64,000 bases of DNA. Origin: a virus. The translations under genes were made by a program, and so were the position numbers. Where the stretch lies: IMG/VR virus record IMGVR_UViG_3300027909_000017; one strand, given 5' to 3'. Position 1 is the stretch's first letter. Each line of letters starts with the position of its first letter. Below, in pieces: positions 55,244 to 64,000 of this stretch. The notes under the pieces are model-generated. The model saw nothing but the letters and a program-made list of their open reading frames with translations, made no database searches and was not told the origin of the DNA.

Positions 55244-55923
55244 GACTGAGCCGCCCCGCGCATCTCGCTCCGCACGCGCGTGAGGACTTTCCGGAACATC
55301 GCCGCGCGGATCGGCGCGTACTTGTAAGCGATCGTCCCGGCGTAACCGGTGATGGTGCACGTCACCCAGTCCGCAGAGTAGCAGCGGCTCCGGTGCCCGG
55401 CCATGACCTTGCCCGCCTCGCGTGACGACTCGAGCAAGTGCGAGTCGGTGAGCCCGACGGTCTCCTTGATGCGCGCGTCGGTGAGGCCCTGGATCTGGAA
55501 CGCGGTGGAGGCGTGGAAGACGACCGTGCCCCACTTGCTGTCCTTGCGGATGCCGCGCTCCCACTTCGGGACGGCGCCGATCGGGTAGAGCGCGCCGTCG
55601 CACTCGCGCTGGTTCGGCTTCGGCCCAAAGATCTCGCAGCCGCCGTTCTGAATTCGCGAATCGAGGCGCGACTCGAAGTAGCCGAGCGTGAGCTTGAGCG
55701 ACGCCTCCTCCTCCGGCGGTCCGGGCCACTTGCGCTTGCAACCGTCCACGGCGAAGTCGCCGGTGCACGTGTTCTCGTGAGCGACGATCGCCATCTGCGC
55801 CGTGAAGCGCGTCAGGTACTCGCGCCGCTCGACGGCGGCTTGTTCGGCCTTGTCCGGCGGGACGTGCGGCGGGGTCATCGAGTTCGCGACGGTGAAGAGT
55901 GCGGCTCCAAGTTTAATAGACAT
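55240..55923 (-). CDS. hypothetical protein, possibly lysozyme-like fold
   Basis: LGYFESRL..FQIQ; weak. Confidence 0.4.
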   Translation of the reverse strand: MSIKLGAALFTVANSMTPPHVPPDKAEQAAVERREYLTRFTAQMAIVAHENTCTGDFAVDGCKRKWPGPPEEEASLKLTLGYFESRLDSRIQNGGCEIFGPKPNQRECDGALYPIGAVPKWERGIRKDSKWGTVVFHASTAFQIQGLTDARIKETVGLTDSHLLESSREAGKVMAGHRSRCYSADWVTCTITGYAGTIAYKYAPIRAAMFRKVLTRVRSEMRGAAQS

Positions 55924-56020
55924 CGGGCGACCGTAGCGAGCTCGCGCGAGCGAGGCAAGTTCTCGACAACGTTGCGTTCCGCGACGACCAGTTTTTTTGA
56001 TTGCTCGCACGCGGGGTTAA

Positions 56021-56398
56021 GTGCAGAGTGGTGACACTTTGGCACCGCGTAACCGTCGTCAGCTCCGCAAGAAGAAAAAGCAGCAGTCGCGCAAGAAACC
56101 GGCGCGCGAGCCGAACGAGCTCGAGAAGATGGTGGCCCGCGGCGTGTCGCGCGTCGCCGACGTGGTGGACGCGGGGCTCGAGGTCTTCGAGCGCGACCCC
56201 GAGCGCGCGGTCAACGCCACCATCTCGTTCATGGACGGCGTCGGCAAGATCGGCGCGTTCATCAAGCAGAACCCGGACGAGGCGAAGCGCGTCGCCGCGT
56301 CGATCGCGGTCGACAGCGTCAACAAGCTCTCGCACGCCTTCATCTCGGCGGGCGCGCGGCAGATTCGCAAGGACTTGAACGGCAAGAGGAAGCGCTAA
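56021..56398 (+). CDS. basic hypothetical protein (start may be TTG 56039)
   Basis: ORF track; K-rich N-terminus. Confidence 0.55.
   Translation: MQSGDTLAPRNRRQLRKKKKQQSRKKPAREPNELEKMVARGVSRVADVVDAGLEVFERDPERAVNATISFMDGVGKIGAFIKQNPDEAKRVAASIAVDSVNKLSHAFISAGARQIRKDLNGKRKR
56030..56046. promoter_or_regulatory. second copy (15/17) of the 30016 operator
   Basis: GGTGACACTTTGGCACC at the divergent junction. Confidence 0.55.
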
Positions 56399-56403
56399 CC
56401 GTC

Positions 56404-56841
56404 GTGATCTGGTTCTGGCTGTACATCGGCGGGTGCGTGGGTTGGCTCCTGTGCCAGCTCACGTCGCCGGACGTGCGCAACATGCACGCGCGAAACACCC
56501 ACATCGCCAAGCAGCGATCGCCGTTCTGGGGGCCCGTGCTCTGCGTGGTCGCGGCGCTCGTGTTTATCCCGCTCTGGCCGCTGATGATGCTCGGTTGGTT
56601 AGCCGGCGCCGAAAAGTTTCTCCTCAAGATCGCGGACCAGAAGTACATGCGCGTGAAGATCACGTGCCCGACGTGCAGCTTCCAGTCCGAGGTCTCCATC
56701 CCGCGCAACGCGCAGCGCTGGGTCGAGTTCCCGGCGGGGTGGTACGTCAACGAGCAATTCGAGTGGGCGTGCTCGCCGGCGTGCGCGCGGCACTCCGAGA
56801 TCTGCCCGCATCAATCAGAAAAACAAGGAGGGGCGACGTGA
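56404..56841 (+). CDS. two-TM + zinc-finger protein, paralog 1
   Basis: IWFW..LWP..CPTC..PAGW..CSPAC. Confidence 0.65.
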   Translation: MIWFWLYIGGCVGWLLCQLTSPDVRNMHARNTHIAKQRSPFWGPVLCVVAALVFIPLWPLMMLGWLAGAEKFLLKIADQKYMRVKITCPTCSFQSEVSIPRNAQRWVEFPAGWYVNEQFEWACSPACARHSEICPHQSEKQGGAT

Positions 56842-57272
56842 CCTGGTTCTGGATCTGGCTCGGGGGCTCGGTCGCTCACGCGCTATTCCTCTTCGCTAAC
56901 GCATTGCTACTCGACCAGTTCCGCCACTGCGTGCACAAGCGCATGTGGGGCCAAGTCGTCGGGCTACTGCTAACGATACCGCTCTGGCCAGTCGGCGTTG
57001 TCGCGCTCTTGATACCAAAGCGCGTTTTAAAGAAGTGGCTCGATCGTTTGGAGCCGGATAGCTCGTCGTACGTCGACGTGGTTTGCCCCGTGTGCGGCTT
57101 CAAGGGGGAGGTCGCGATCTGGGACGACGTCGAAGGTCACACCTGGGACAAGATTCCGATCGGTTGGTGGATGAGCTGTCAAGAAGAGATCGCCTGCTCG
57201 AAGAAGTGTGCCGACGACTTCGCGGTGCACAAAGCTCGTCGAGAAGACCCACGATTCCTGGAACTGCACTGA
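56838..57272 (+). CDS. two-TM + zinc-finger protein, paralog 2
   Basis: TWFW..LWP..CPVC..PIGW..CSKKC. Confidence 0.65.
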   Translation: MTWFWIWLGGSVAHALFLFANALLLDQFRHCVHKRMWGQVVGLLLTIPLWPVGVVALLIPKRVLKKWLDRLEPDSSSYVDVVCPVCGFKGEVAIWDDVEGHTWDKIPIGWWMSCQEEIACSKKCADDFAVHKARREDPRFLELH

Positions 57273-58399
57273 TGAAGCCGCTCGTCCTATTCGAGACGCT
57301 CTTCGAGCTCTTCTTCGACGGCTGGTGCGCCTCGTCCCGGGCCTACGCGCGCGGCATGGAGCGAGCCGGCGTCGACGTTCGGCTCCAGACGTGGCGAACG
57401 CCCGAGAAGGGTGAGGTGGTGCACCCGCAGGTGCGCGCCGAGATCGGGCACATGATGCGGCCCTGCGAGCGGTTGTGGGACGCCTACGTGTGGAGCGGCG
57501 CGTTCGGCGGACCGTTCGAGGGTACGGCAGTCGCGCTCTCGAAGATCTTGACCATACGGCGCACGTTCCGTAAACCGGTCGCGTTCTACACCATGTTCGA
57601 GCGCACCAACGTGCAGCGAGAACTCGTGCGCATGCTGAACCAGCTCGACAGCGTGATGGTACCCTGCAAGGCGAACCTGCGCGCGCTCCAGCTCGCCGGC
57701 GTCAACAACGCTCGGCGCATCCCGATCCCGTTCTTCTCCGACGACCCGCACCTAGCACTGCCGAAACCAGCAACGCCGGCGAAGACGTTCTACTGGATCG
57801 GTCGCTGGGAACCTCGCAAGGCGCCGCACCGGCTGATCAAGGCGTTCATGCTCGCGTTCGAGCCGGGCGAGGCCAAGCTCGTGATGAAGTGCGGTCCCGC
57901 GCCGTGGGTGAAGAGCCCGTACGTGTCTCCGGAGGAGGCGATCGAGCGCGCGGTCGCGCAGACGTCGTGGCGGCAGAACGACGCGGCGCTCGGCATCGAG
58001 GTCATCCGCGAGAAACTCGAGCCGGAGGAGATGGTGGCGCTCCACGCGCGCGGCGACGTCTATTGCTCGGCGTCGCACGGCGAGGGGATCGACATGCCGG
58101 CGTTCGCGGCGAAGCTCGGCGGCCGGCGCATCGTCACGGTCGCGTGCGGCGGACCCGAGGACTTCGTCGACGACGGCGACTTCGTGGTGCAGGGCAAGGG
58201 GAACATCGCGATACCCGCGTACGACCGCATCTGGGGCGCCGGCTCGACCGCGGTCGACTACGACCTCGACGAGCTCGTGGCGGCGCTCAAGAAGGCGCGT
58301 CGCGCGACTGAGCCGCCCCAGCGGCTGAAGATCGCCGAGCACCACGTCGAGGCCGTGCAGCACGACCTGGGTCGCTGGGTGAGGAGCATGGTCTCGTGA
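57272..58399 (+). CDS. GT-B (GT4-like) glycosyltransferase 1
   Basis: YTMFE, FYWIGRWEPRK, SASHGEGIDMPAFAAK. Confidence 0.85.
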   Translation: MKPLVLFETLFELFFDGWCASSRAYARGMERAGVDVRLQTWRTPEKGEVVHPQVRAEIGHMMRPCERLWDAYVWSGAFGGPFEGTAVALSKILTIRRTFRKPVAFYTMFERTNVQRELVRMLNQLDSVMVPCKANLRALQLAGVNNARRIPIPFFSDDPHLALPKPATPAKTFYWIGRWEPRKAPHRLIKAFMLAFEPGEAKLVMKCGPAPWVKSPYVSPEEAIERAVAQTSWRQNDAALGIEVIREKLEPEEMVALHARGDVYCSASHGEGIDMPAFAAKLGGRRIVTVACGGPEDFVDDGDFVVQGKGNIAIPAYDRIWGAGSTAVDYDLDELVAALKKARRATEPPQRLKIAEHHVEAVQHDLGRWVRSMVS

Positions 58400-59643
58400 G
58401 CCGGCTCCACATCCGCCGCAAGCTGAAGTTCATCAAGCGACGGCCCAAGGGCCCGGTGCGTCGCCCGCACGGCAAGCACGCGGACGCGGTCGCGCGCCCG
58501 GCGCACGCGGTCAACGCCACGCTGTACCGCCCCAACGACGACCGGCCGGCGATCGTCTTCGACGTCCCGTGGGCGCGCCACAACGTCGGCTGGGACATCT
58601 TGGCGAGGCGCTACGCGCGCGCGATGGTCGCCGCAGGGCTCGACGCGCGCCTCTACCCCGTGACGGGTGACATGAGCCCCGAGGTGCGCGCGGAAGCGGC
58701 GGCGTACGCGATGCGCGTCGACCGCGCCGCTGTGAACATCTGGTCGACGTGCTTCCACCGGCCAGACGTCTTGATCCCCGAGCTCGCGCGCCACCTCTTT
58801 CCGCGCCCGCGCCCGCGCGTGTTCTACACGATGTTCGAGCGCCTGCGCGCGACGCCGCAGATCGTTGGGTGGCTCAACTTCCACGTGGACGGGGTCTGGG
58901 TGCCGTGCAGCGCGAACCGCGACGCGCTCTGCGCCGCCGGCTCGACCAACGCGCGCTACATCCCGGTGCCGTGGTTCGACGACGACGCGTTCCTGCACCT
59001 GCCCCGCCCACGAGCGTCTCGAGCGTTCTACTGGATCGGCGCGTGGGAGCAGCGCAAGGCGCCTGAGAACGTCATCCTGGCTTTCATGCGAGCGTTCCGG
59101 CCAGCACAGGCGACGCTGCTCCTGAAGACGGCGAACTTCCAGGCCGGTTACCCGACGCCCGAGTTCTTCATCAAGCACGCGCTGCAAGACCCAGCAGCAA
59201 TTCGAAACGGCTGGGTGGGTCCGACTGGTATAACGGTGGACCGGCGCGTCCTGTCGCGCGCGGAGATGCTCGGCCAAGTCCACGGCCAAGGCGACGTGTA
59301 CGTGAGCGCGAGCCGCGGCGAGGGCGTCGACATGCCGGCCTTTGAGGCGAAGCTCGCCGGCCGGCGCGTGGTGACGACCGACTCGGGCGGACCGCGCGAC
59401 TTCCTCGGCGAGCGTGACATCCTCATCCCGCGCACGGGTGAGCAGGCGGTGCCGCGCATCTACCAGTGGGAGATGGGCTCGGCGCAGGCGGACTACTCGC
59501 TCGACGCGCTGGTGGCCGCGTTGCAGCGCGCTCACGCGGAGACGCCGCGGCTCGACATCGACTGGCCGCGCGAGAAGTTCCACTACTCGAACGTGGGCCG
59601 GATACTGAAAGAGTGGTTCGAGCAGATGCGGGGCCTCCGGTGA
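58396..59643 (+). CDS. GT-B (GT4-like) glycosyltransferase 2
   Basis: YTMFE, FYWIGAWEQRK, SASRGEGVDMPAFEAK. Confidence 0.85.
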   Translation: MSRLHIRRKLKFIKRRPKGPVRRPHGKHADAVARPAHAVNATLYRPNDDRPAIVFDVPWARHNVGWDILARRYARAMVAAGLDARLYPVTGDMSPEVRAEAAAYAMRVDRAAVNIWSTCFHRPDVLIPELARHLFPRPRPRVFYTMFERLRATPQIVGWLNFHVDGVWVPCSANRDALCAAGSTNARYIPVPWFDDDAFLHLPRPRASRAFYWIGAWEQRKAPENVILAFMRAFRPAQATLLLKTANFQAGYPTPEFFIKHALQDPAAIRNGWVGPTGITVDRRVLSRAEMLGQVHGQGDVYVSASRGEGVDMPAFEAKLAGRRVVTTDSGGPRDFLGERDILIPRTGEQAVPRIYQWEMGSAQADYSLDALVAALQRAHAETPRLDIDWPREKFHYSNVGRILKEWFEQMRGLR

Positions 59644-60320
59644 GCGACAAGAAAGTCATCCTCGGCGCGCCGTGCGTGCGTCGGCTCGACCTACTCGAGC
59701 AACTCTACCACTCAGCCGCGCGTGGTACACGGCCGCCCGACCTGTTCTACATCGTGGACAACGGCGCAGGTGTGCGGAGCGTCTTTAGCGAGGCGGCGTG
59801 CGCGCATTCGACGCCGAAGTTCGAGGTGCTCGACCACGGACGCAACCTGGGCGTCAGCACCGCGTGGAACATCATGTTCAACTTGTTCCCGAACGAGCAT
59901 CTGATCATCTCGAACGACGACGTGAGTTTCCACGCGAACACGATCGAGGAGATGGTCAAGGCTGCGGAGGAGACCGACGCCGAGTTCATCTTCCCCGCGA
60001 CGCCAACGCACACGACGTTCTGCGTGTTCCTGCTCAAGCACTCGGCCTGGCAGAAAGTCGGCCCGTTCGACGAGGGATTCTGGCCCGCGTACTTCGAGGA
60101 CGTCGACTACTGGCACCGGATGCGCCACCACGGCGTGAAGATGCTCGAGATCACGACGACGTGCTACGACCACGTGCTGAACGGCTACCTGAAGGTGATG
60201 ACGCCGGCCGAGAACAAGCAGTTTCACCAGTACATGCAGAACAACTACCGCCGCTACGTGCGCAAGTGGGGTGGGGGACCAGGCAAAGAGACGCGCACCG
60301 TACCGAAGGAGCTTCCGTGA
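59640..60320 (+). CDS. GT-A (GT2-like) glycosyltransferase
   Basis: IVDNG, NLGVSTAWN, ISNDD, GPFDEGF..YFEDVDY. Confidence 0.85.
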   Translation: MSDKKVILGAPCVRRLDLLEQLYHSAARGTRPPDLFYIVDNGAGVRSVFSEAACAHSTPKFEVLDHGRNLGVSTAWNIMFNLFPNEHLIISNDDVSFHANTIEEMVKAAEETDAEFIFPATPTHTTFCVFLLKHSAWQKVGPFDEGFWPAYFEDVDYWHRMRHHGVKMLEITTTCYDHVLNGYLKVMTPAENKQFHQYMQNNYRRYVRKWGGGPGKETRTVPKELP

Positions 60321-60973
60321 TGGACACGATCGAGAATGTGAAGAAACGGGCGTCCGAACAGTTCAACGTCGCGGTGAGCGAGATCTGCGACGCGGGCACG
60401 GACAGCCTGTCGTTCTTCGGTCCGCTGTACACCAAGGAGGGCGGGCTCTCCCTCCAGCAGGACCCCGAAGAGTTCGGCGCGCTGCTCGTGTTTCTGAACA
60501 GTTTGTCGGACCGCTCCTCGTACCTCGAGATCGGTTCCGCGAGTGGCGGGACCGCCGTCATCATGCACCGGTGGACCGGTTTCGAGGAGATGTACTCGAT
60601 CGACGACGGTCAGCACCCGCGCTACGTCGAGCTCCCCGAGAACTTCAAAGACCTGCCGATGGAGCACGTGCGCATGGACAGCCACGGTCCCGAAGCGCGC
60701 CACTTCCTCGACGGGCTCCAGTTCGACGTCGTGTTCATCGACGGCGACCACAGCGAGGCGGGCGTGTGGCAGGACGTCGAGCTCGTGCGCGAGCACGTGC
60801 GACCCGGCGCTCTCATCATCCTGCACGACGTCGTCGTCATGGACGGGTGCAAGAAGGCGTGGGAGCGCGGAGCGCGCGAGGGTATCTGGGTGCCGATCGC
60901 GGAGTACATCGGCCGCGGCGTCCCCGGCACGCTCGGCACGCCGCTCGGGATCGGGGTCGGATTCGTCCTGTGA
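60320..60973 (+). CDS. class I SAM-dependent methyltransferase (Methyltransf_24-like)
   Basis: YLEIGSASGG, FIDGDHSEAGV, GALIILHD. Confidence 0.85.
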   Translation: MDTIENVKKRASEQFNVAVSEICDAGTDSLSFFGPLYTKEGGLSLQQDPEEFGALLVFLNSLSDRSSYLEIGSASGGTAVIMHRWTGFEEMYSIDDGQHPRYVELPENFKDLPMEHVRMDSHGPEARHFLDGLQFDVVFIDGDHSEAGVWQDVELVREHVRPGALIILHDVVVMDGCKKAWERGAREGIWVPIAEYIGRGVPGTLGTPLGIGVGFVL

Positions 60974-61800
60974 GCGTGAATCTCCGTCTCGCCGTGATGT
61001 CGGTAAAGCCCGACTTGTTCGAGGAGACGCTCGCGCTCGCCCTCGACAACGCGACAGGTCCGATCTCCGTCGTCGCGTTTGGCAACGGCGTCGAGCTCGC
61101 GATGCCGGCAAAGTACGCCGAGCTCGACCACGTCATCACGAGCAAGCCGGAGAATCTCGGCGTCCCCGCTGGCCTGCACGAGCTCTGGCTCCAGGCCAAG
61201 CACCGGTGGCCGGACAATCCCCAGAACGAGGTCGTCGCTTACGTGCACGACGACGTCTACATCTACGAGCGCGGGTGGGACGAGCGCGTGCGCGCCGTCT
61301 TCGAGCGCGACCCGAAGTGCGGGCTCGCCGGCTTCGGCGGCTCGACCGCGTACGGCTCGCCGAGCATCTACAAGGCGCGCTACTCGTGGCAGCAGGTCGC
61401 TCGCCAGAACTTCTTCTCGAACATGCGCAGCGCCGAGACGCACGGGCAGCGCATCAAGAACGAGATGCCGATCGTGTTCACGGACGGCTACTCGATGATC
61501 GTGCGCCGGTCGCTGCTCGACACAATCGGCGGCTGGTCGGTGATCCCGCGTCAGTACGTGCACTACGGCTACGACTGCTTCATCGCGTGCATGGCGCGCC
61601 GACACGGCTACAACGCCTGGCTAGTGCCGGTCGACATCGAGCACGGCGTGGGTGGCTGGGGCGCGCTCACGCGCAACGAAGACGGTGGCAGCTACCAACA
61701 ACTCGCCAACCAGAACGGCGGCGACAAGGCCGTGCACGACGGCGTCCACGAGTTCCTCTACAACCACTTTCGCGACGTCATGCCACTGAGGCTCCGATGA
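60970..61800 (+). CDS. GT2-like glycosyltransferase
   Basis: AYVHDDV, GLAGFGG, HYGYDCF. Confidence 0.7.
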   Translation: MSVNLRLAVMSVKPDLFEETLALALDNATGPISVVAFGNGVELAMPAKYAELDHVITSKPENLGVPAGLHELWLQAKHRWPDNPQNEVVAYVHDDVYIYERGWDERVRAVFERDPKCGLAGFGGSTAYGSPSIYKARYSWQQVARQNFFSNMRSAETHGQRIKNEMPIVFTDGYSMIVRRSLLDTIGGWSVIPRQYVHYGYDCFIACMARRHGYNAWLVPVDIEHGVGGWGALTRNEDGGSYQQLANQNGGDKAVHDGVHEFLYNHFRDVMPLRLR

Positions 61801-62084
61801 GATTCAACCCGAAGAAGTTCTACCGAAACGACCGGCGCGATGCAGAGGCGCGCGCATACGAGGCCAAGCAGAAAAAGCGCGTCGAGCACGTGCGCATGGT
61901 GGTGGCCTGGGAGATCGCCGAGGGCGTGCCCGGTCGACAGGTCGCCGAGTTCGAGATCCGCAACCGCGTCACCGAGCTCGGCATCTTGCACTGGGGGAGC
62001 AACGAGTTCTCCGACTACCAGAAGCGCGTCTTCGAGAAGTACCCGCTGCCAAAGGGTCACGAGCTCACGCCGGTGAGCCCGTGA
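61797..62084 (+). CDS. hypothetical protein
   Basis: Coupled on both sides. Confidence 0.55.
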   Translation: MRFNPKKFYRNDRRDAEARAYEAKQKKRVEHVRMVVAWEIAEGVPGRQVAEFEIRNRVTELGILHWGSNEFSDYQKRVFEKYPLPKGHELTPVSP

Positions 62085-63328
62085 AGCACTGCCGCTTCTG
62101 CCACACGCCGCTCGACGCGAAGCACGGCGTCGAGCTCGTGCTCGACCTCGGCGCGACGCCGCTCGCCAATGACTTGAAAGTGAGCCGCGAGTTCGCGCTG
62201 CAAGCCGAGACGTACCCGCTCACCATGATCAAGTGCGGCGGCTGCGACGGCTTCCAGCTCACGTACGCCGTCGACAAGGAACTGCTCTTTCGCGACTACC
62301 ACTACTCGACGCCCGACATGGCCTCGCTCAGCAAGCATTATGCCCGCGTCCGTCGCTTCTTGGGCGGTCGATACTTCGACAAGGTGCTCGAGATCGGCGG
62401 CAACAACGGCGCCTTCTTGCGCACGTTCCACGGGCCGTTCATGCCGGAATTGAAACTGAACGTCGAGCCGGCCTTGAACATCAGCGTCGACCTCGGCGAC
62501 GCCAATCAGAAGGTCACCGTCCGAGAGTTCTTCAACCACGACCTCGCGTTCAACGTGATCTTACCCGAGTACGGGAAGATGGACTTGATCGTGGCGCGGC
62601 ACTGCTTCGCGCACATCGACGACCTCGACCAGGTGTGCCGCGGCGTGAGTGAGATTCTGAACACGCGCAAGGGTGTCTTCTACATCGAGAACGCCTACGT
62701 CTTCGCGACGATGTTTGGTCTCCAGTTCGACCAGATCTACCACGAGCACATGAGTTACATCGCGCTCCGGCCCGTGCAGAAACTCCTCGAGCGTCACGGC
62801 ATGCGCGTGTTCGACGTCGGCTTCTCAGACGTCCACGGTGGCTCGATCATGATCGCCGCGTGCCGCGAGGAGGCGCGCTTCACTGACGACTTGGTCCCGG
62901 TCTGGGCATTGTCGGAGCAGCAGCACCTCTTTCAAGAGGTCAACTACGAGTTCACCAAACGCTCCAAGCGGCGCATCAACGAGCTCGCGGACATGTTCAC
63001 GAAGTTCGACGCCGAAAACAAGACGGTCGACATCTACGGCGCGACGGCGAAGAGCACCACGCTCTTGAACGTGGTGAAGGGTCGCGCTCGACGCTTCAAT
63101 ATCCGCCGCTGCTACGACCGCGCGCCGTTGAAGATCGGCAAGTTCCTGCCGGGCACGGGCATCCCGATCGTCCCCGAAGAGCACATGAGCACGAACCCGC
63201 CCGACTTCTGCTTCATCACTGCGTGGAACTACGCGGACGAGATCATGAAACGCGAGAAGTGGTACACGAAGGACTTCGGCGGGCAGTGGATCGTGCCCTA
63301 CCCGAACGAGATCCGGGTGGTGTCGTGA
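62081..63328 (+). CDS. NDP-hexose C-methyltransferase
   Basis: CRFC..LDLGATPLAN..C..C, VLEIGGNNG, FDQIYHEH, VHGGS, YGATAKSTTLLN, AWNYADEI. Confidence 0.9.
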   Translation: MKHCRFCHTPLDAKHGVELVLDLGATPLANDLKVSREFALQAETYPLTMIKCGGCDGFQLTYAVDKELLFRDYHYSTPDMASLSKHYARVRRFLGGRYFDKVLEIGGNNGAFLRTFHGPFMPELKLNVEPALNISVDLGDANQKVTVREFFNHDLAFNVILPEYGKMDLIVARHCFAHIDDLDQVCRGVSEILNTRKGVFYIENAYVFATMFGLQFDQIYHEHMSYIALRPVQKLLERHGMRVFDVGFSDVHGGSIMIAACREEARFTDDLVPVWALSEQQHLFQEVNYEFTKRSKRRINELADMFTKFDAENKTVDIYGATAKSTTLLNVVKGRARRFNIRRCYDRAPLKIGKFLPGTGIPIVPEEHMSTNPPDFCFITAWNYADEIMKREKWYTKDFGGQWIVPYPNEIRVVS

Positions 63329-63522
63329 GCAAGAAGCCGTACAAGCCGTCGCCTGATCACCCGTGGAACCTCAAGGCCCGCGCGCAGGTCCTCGCTGCGC
63401 AGGGCAAGAAGCGCCCGCAATCGGACTTGCTCGTGTTGCAAGCGCTACGCGAAGACGAAGAGCGGTTCGACCGTGAAGAGACGGCTGAGCTCGAACGAGG
63501 CATCAAGGAGTTTTTCGAATGA
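63325..63522 (+). CDS. small hypothetical protein
   Basis: GTG coupled. Confidence 0.5.
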   Translation: MSKKPYKPSPDHPWNLKARAQVLAAQGKKRPQSDLLVLQALREDEERFDREETAELERGIKEFFE

Positions 63523-64000
63523 GCGTCAGGGTCTTGATCACCGGATTGTGCGGTTTCATCGGTCACCACGTCGCCGAGCACCTGCTCGAGGCCACGGACT
63601 GGGAGCTCGTCGGACTCGACCGCATCGACGCGACCAGCACGCTGCACCGCCTGCGCCACCTCGAGTGCTGGCCCGAGTGCGCGAATCGCGTGAAGTTCGT
63701 CTGGCACGACCTGCGCGCGCCGATCAACATGACCGTCGACCGCCAGCTCGGCCCCGTCGACGCCGTGCTGCACCTCGCCGCGTCCACGCACGTCGACCGC
63801 AGCATCACCGAGCCGCTCACGTTCGTGCACGACAACGTTGTCGGGACCGCTCACTTGCTCGAGTGGTGGCGAGCGCGTCAGGGTCTGGGCGGCGAGAGCG
63901 TTTTTCTTCAAAACTCCGAGAACCCGTTCTTCCTCTACTACGGCACGGACGAGATCTTCGGCGCGGCCAACGAGACTCAGGTGTTCTCCGAGTGGGACCG
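63519..64000 (+). CDS. rmlB: dTDP-glucose 4,6-dehydratase-like (truncated by window end)
   Basis: VLITGLCGFIG, HLAASTHVDRSI, NVVGT, GTDEIFG. Confidence 0.85.
   Translation, partial: MSVRVLITGLCGFIGHHVAEHLLEATDWELVGLDRIDATSTLHRLRHLECWPECANRVKFVWHDLRAPINMTVDRQLGPVDAVLHLAASTHVDRSITEPLTFVHDNVVGTAHLLEWWRARQGLGGESVFLQNSENPFFLYYGTDEIFGAANETQVFSEWD

Overview
GC-rich, phage-like genome segment. Almost all genes are on the + strand and many overlap at ATGA/GTGA. I recognise no host housekeeping operon. Layout: small early ORFs (1-8.7 kb); an AT-rich non-coding origin-like interval (8.7-9.3 kb); replication genes with a phage-borne tmRNA and groES (9.3-22 kb: AEP primase-helicase, PD-(D/E)XK nuclease, DUF2829/Tad2-like, SF2 helicase, PolA, RuvC-like); nucleotide metabolism (22.5-29.7 kb: dcd, DHH, MazG-like, NUDIX fusion, thyX, NMP kinase-like); regulators (30-31 kb); a putative morphogenesis module (32.9-52 kb); lysis genes (52-53.2 kb); and a sugar synthesis/glycosyltransferase cluster running off the right end (54-64 kb). 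I recognise no terminase, portal, HK97 capsid or tail gene. The morphogenesis module instead has three adjacent genes that look by eye like single jelly-roll capsid proteins, a transglutaminase-fold cysteine enzyme, and a K/R-rich membrane protein with LysM. Main signal: about a dozen otherwise unrelated proteins share a bipartite tag, (R/K)V(N/D/E/T)WV...RR(V/L)(E/Q)(W/F)LG. Most also have a Ser/Thr linker and a C-terminal TM anchor, and several have an E-N motif before a basic tail. Tagged cargo includes an M15 peptidase and an SGNH hydrolase; a lytic transglycosylase and an alpha/beta hydrolase share the anchor with no or only a degenerate tag. Inference: a large tailless, internal-membrane virus, probably of a myxobacterium, with its own tag-based protein sorting/maturation system. 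All family calls are by eye from motifs; no database search was run.
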